Source: Amoeboradix gromovi X-113 (lineage: Eukaryota; Fungi; Sanchytriomycota). Taken from it: a DNA stretch of 10,741 bases. This document shows positions 8,123 through 10,741 of the stretch, piece by piece. Location: assembly GCA_018985225.1 (NCBI GenBank), contig JADGIF010000331.1:1-10741 (forward strand). Reading direction: 5' to 3'. Within the stretch, counting starts at the first letter, position 1. Each line of letters begins with the position of its first letter. The translations under genes were made by a program, and so were the position numbers. Under the pieces are notes generated by a model, which saw only the letters and a program-made list of their open reading frames with translations, did no database searches and was not told where the DNA came from.

Positions 8123-8216
8123 TCATGTGATTATGAAATGCACATGCTAGAAAAAACCCATGTTGGTAATTACTGAAAAATACAGCACATGCTAAATACC
8201 AAAAAAGGTATAAATA
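8123..8216 (+). promoter_or_regulatory. Promoter of small membrane protein 2: three E-boxes and TATA box
   Basis: TCATGTGA at 8123, CACATGCTA at 8141 and 8186, TATAAATA at 8209-8216 (33 nt before ATG 8242). Confidence 0.55.
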
Positions 8217-8241
8217 GCAGCTAGAGCTATCCTATTAAACA

Positions 8242-8460
8242 ATGATGGCTCTATTGGATATTGCTTTATTTTTAGCACTTTTAGCATTTATCTTTTGGAT
8301 ATTGTCAATAACGGCTATTCTTCCGTTAGGCGGCGCTGGATATGTACTATTGGTGATTGCCATTATATTGTTTGTAGTGTGGCTAGCACTACGTGTGTTC
8401 CAAATTACTTGCGGTGCATGTAGAGGAAGAAGACGAGCACCGATGTCCTCAAGAGTATAA
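8242..8460 (+). CDS. Small two-TM membrane protein paralog, Lmo0937/DUF5670-like (72 aa)
   Basis: Paralog of 7581-7805 with mostly conservative hydrophobic substitutions. Shares FWILSIT, GGxGYxLLVIAIILF, LRVFQ and terminal MSSRV. AATAAA at 8467. Confidence 0.87.
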   Translation: MMALLDIALFLALLAFIFWILSITAILPLGGAGYVLLVIAIILFVVWLALRVFQITCGACRGRRRAPMSSRV

Positions 8461-8490
8461 AAAGTAAATAAAAACTTATTAAATACATTT

Positions 8491-9573
8491 TTATTGTTCC
8501 ATTAGATCAAATTGCGATAGTATTTGACGCTTTAAACTTGAAAATGCAGAGTTTTCCTTAAATTCAATTTTTCGGTTATCTTTAAAAATCTCATCTATAT
8601 ATTCTAGTTTATCATTGCCCAACCATGATTGATCACTAATGTCTCCAGCGTACCCGCCTATCCCTACGCAATCAAAACTTGGTGCGTTTTGTTTGGGTAC
8701 ATCTATTGAGTTTCCAAGTAATTGCCTTTGCTGTATCATTGCAGGTTCACATCCATATGTAAGGAGTTGCTCTAGTATGCTCTGATTCCTGTATGGAGCA
8801 AGCAGACCTATTTTAATAACCTCCCTTTTATACTTCATCAGGATTTCATTATATTTTATTGGAATATTCACATTATTCGATATGCAGTAGTACACCAGAG
8901 CTTTACTAAAAGACAGTTCAACAGAAGTATGTATTTTTATTACTGCAGCTAGTGCAACCTCTACTAATAAGTATCCAATGTAATCATGAATCCACTCAGT
9001 GGATATCAAGATGTTAGGGAGAACCAATTCTACATACTCGTAAAAATCACGGCATTTCAGTTTTTTCAAGTACTGGAGGGTAGAATATGGATCATTCTTC
9101 ACGTGCCTTATTATTATATCTCTTGACCACAAATATTTATCATTTAAGTCCACCTTGAGCAGTGCCCAAAATTCATTATATAAATATATATGCATTTGCT
9201 CAACAACAGATGTCATTAATATCATGCTAGGCATACTCTGATGAGCTATTTGCATACGAATGTCAACCCAAAAAGACGGGATTCTTAATTCACCACAAAG
9301 CGAAGACAACGGAATAGCGTGTACTTTATCCTGCTGCGAGTCTAAAAGATTGTTAATGAATCTGACAATTGCTAACGACAAATTAGACGCACTGGGATTA
9401 TCCAAAGACATTAGTGTCAACAACGTTAACTCTACGGACAATGGTACTTTACCTCTTAGTTGCATTGATTGAATAATCTCAAATGCTAGGCCGGTATTCT
9501 TTTGCTCGTATATGATATCCCTCAAAGTGATTAATTCAGACAAATTCTCCAATGGAAATAATCGAGATTTCAT
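8491..9573 (-). CDS. LAS1: Las1-like HEPN endoribonuclease (pre-rRNA ITS2 processing), divergent
   Basis: The N-terminal ~140 aa follow the Las1 pattern: RLFP..LSEL..L...IY, RGKVPLSVELT, SLAIVRFINNLLDSQQ...AIPLSSL...LRIPSFWVDIRMQIAHQSMPS (canonical: AIxRFVNGxxDxxQ...IPxxxVxLRHxxTHxxLPS). Confidence 0.85.
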   Translation of the reverse strand: MKSRLFPLENLSELITLRDIIYEQKNTGLAFEIIQSMQLRGKVPLSVELTLLTLMSLDNPSASNLSLAIVRFINNLLDSQQDKVHAIPLSSLCGELRIPSFWVDIRMQIAHQSMPSMILMTSVVEQMHIYLYNEFWALLKVDLNDKYLWSRDIIIRHVKNDPYSTLQYLKKLKCRDFYEYVELVLPNILISTEWIHDYIGYLLVEVALAAVIKIHTSVELSFSKALVYYCISNNVNIPIKYNEILMKYKREVIKIGLLAPYRNQSILEQLLTYGCEPAMIQQRQLLGNSIDVPKQNAPSFDCVGIGGYAGDISDQSWLGNDKLEYIDEIFKDNRKIEFKENSAFSSLKRQILSQFDLMEQ

Positions 9574-9635
9574 CCCTTTACCCTTTGAAAATCAATAAAT
9601 CAAATAATAGTTATTTACTAATGCCAAATTGCAGT

Positions 9636-10529
9636 CTAATAGTTGGTCTCTTTATGCAACAAAAGCATATGCCAAAATACTGCTACTACAGATTGAATTT
9701 CTTTGTAATCACTTTCCGCATAAAAATATCTTTTAAGTGTGTCAGTATAGAGTATAAGAAGTAGAGGCCTCATCAAAAGCTCTAGTCCTTTTATTCTGTA
9801 GCTTAAGACCAACATCAACATACTTTTAAGAAGCATATCCCAAATATGGTAACTAAATATCACGCCAGTAAATGTAGACCACGATAGCAGCTTGTAAAAC
9901 GCACTCTGCTGAGTAAGAAACATACTAGACCAGTGGATAGTCTTTTGGTATACAGGCGCATCGTATAGATGATTTACATATGTGAATAACAGAATTGGAC
10001 CTGTAATCGGTTCATTCTGAGTGGTATACATCAAGAATATCAATACGTGTATTATCAAGGTTATAAAATTTAGTACGATGGATTGGATTCGTAGTACCTT
10101 AAGCATTGACATGGTATACAGCACAAAACAAACAACTAGAACAAAAAATTGTTTGATTGAGCGGTATTCAACTACTTTTTTATTTATAAATCTTATAAAT
10201 ATTGCAAATAGCAAAGGTTCTATGACCACTATAAAATATTGGAACATATCCATGAATACAATATAATAATCTAATAATTGTACCCACGGTTCCTGTAGTT
10301 CATATTTGCCAAAAAACAAACTTTGCAATACCGAGACGCTATTCAGAGACAAGTATACTTGTAATGTTGCGCTAATATAAGGTATTTTAGTCATTCCTAC
10401 CAGAGCATTTAGGATGTATCCCAGCGACAAATGTAATCCCGTTGATTTATCAATACTAAATCCAATAGGTAGCAATATCGAAGATGTTATAGGTAATGCA
10501 TTTTGTAAAGCGTCGTACAAGAATCCCAT
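9636..10529 (-). CDS. Polytopic membrane protein, probable ICE2-family ER membrane protein (297 aa)
   Basis: The track start at 10535 is TTG; the first ATG is 10529. Many hydrophobic segments. Colinear motifs recall fungal Ice2 from memory: ILLPIGFSI...GL.LSL, EPW.QLL.Y, IEPLL, PILLFTYV..LY, RPLLLILYT. The CDS itself is well supported; the family call is tentative. Confidence 0.6.
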   Translation of the reverse strand: MGFLYDALQNALPITSSILLPIGFSIDKSTGLHLSLGYILNALVGMTKIPYISATLQVYLSLNSVSVLQSLFFGKYELQEPWVQLLDYYIVFMDMFQYFIVVIEPLLFAIFIRFINKKVVEYRSIKQFFVLVVCFVLYTMSMLKVLRIQSIVLNFITLIIHVLIFLMYTTQNEPITGPILLFTYVNHLYDAPVYQKTIHWSSMFLTQQSAFYKLLSWSTFTGVIFSYHIWDMLLKSMLMLVLSYRIKGLELLMRPLLLILYTDTLKRYFYAESDYKEIQSVVAVFWHMLLLHKETNY

Positions 10530-10741
10530 TGACAATCTCAGTTAATAAAGTTTTATCCTTGAGACAGTTGGAAAGAAACATATGGGACATGCTCTGTAAA
10601 AACTAGACTAGACAATTTGTATCGAAATTTCAAAAATAAATATTCTGTACAGCTATTCTTTTGCCCTTTCATCCAGTCTTTATTTTAGATTTGTACGGTA
10701 ACTATTGACTTTATGATTTCAAATACAATTCAATCAGAGTT

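Noticed and set aside
9260-10266. ORFs 9260-9472, 9552-9764 and 10021-10266 (+)
   Set aside because: Antisense to the LAS1 and ICE2-like genes, short, and without motifs.

Overview
AT-rich, apparently intron-less, compact eukaryotic DNA. A fungus or early-diverging fungal relative is most likely, inferred from a Las1 homologue, a probable ICE2 homologue, TATA/CCAAT promoters and AATAAA signals. In order: (1) a recent tandem duplication (1-1093 / 1185-1828) of a putative secreted or single-pass membrane protein gene whose Ala-rich, GCT-encoded His/Tyr repeat tail is long in one copy and collapsed in the other; (2) a full-length ABCC/MRP-type transporter (3321-7127) bracketed by two diverged ~225-bp direct repeats; (3) two paralogous 72-74 aa two-helix membrane proteins resembling the bacterial Lmo0937/DUF5670 family, with shared E-box/TATA promoters; (4) on the minus strand, a Las1 HEPN endoribonuclease with a non-canonical active-site motif (RMQIAH) and a probable ICE2 ER membrane protein. 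All family calls come from motif recognition by eye; no searches were run.
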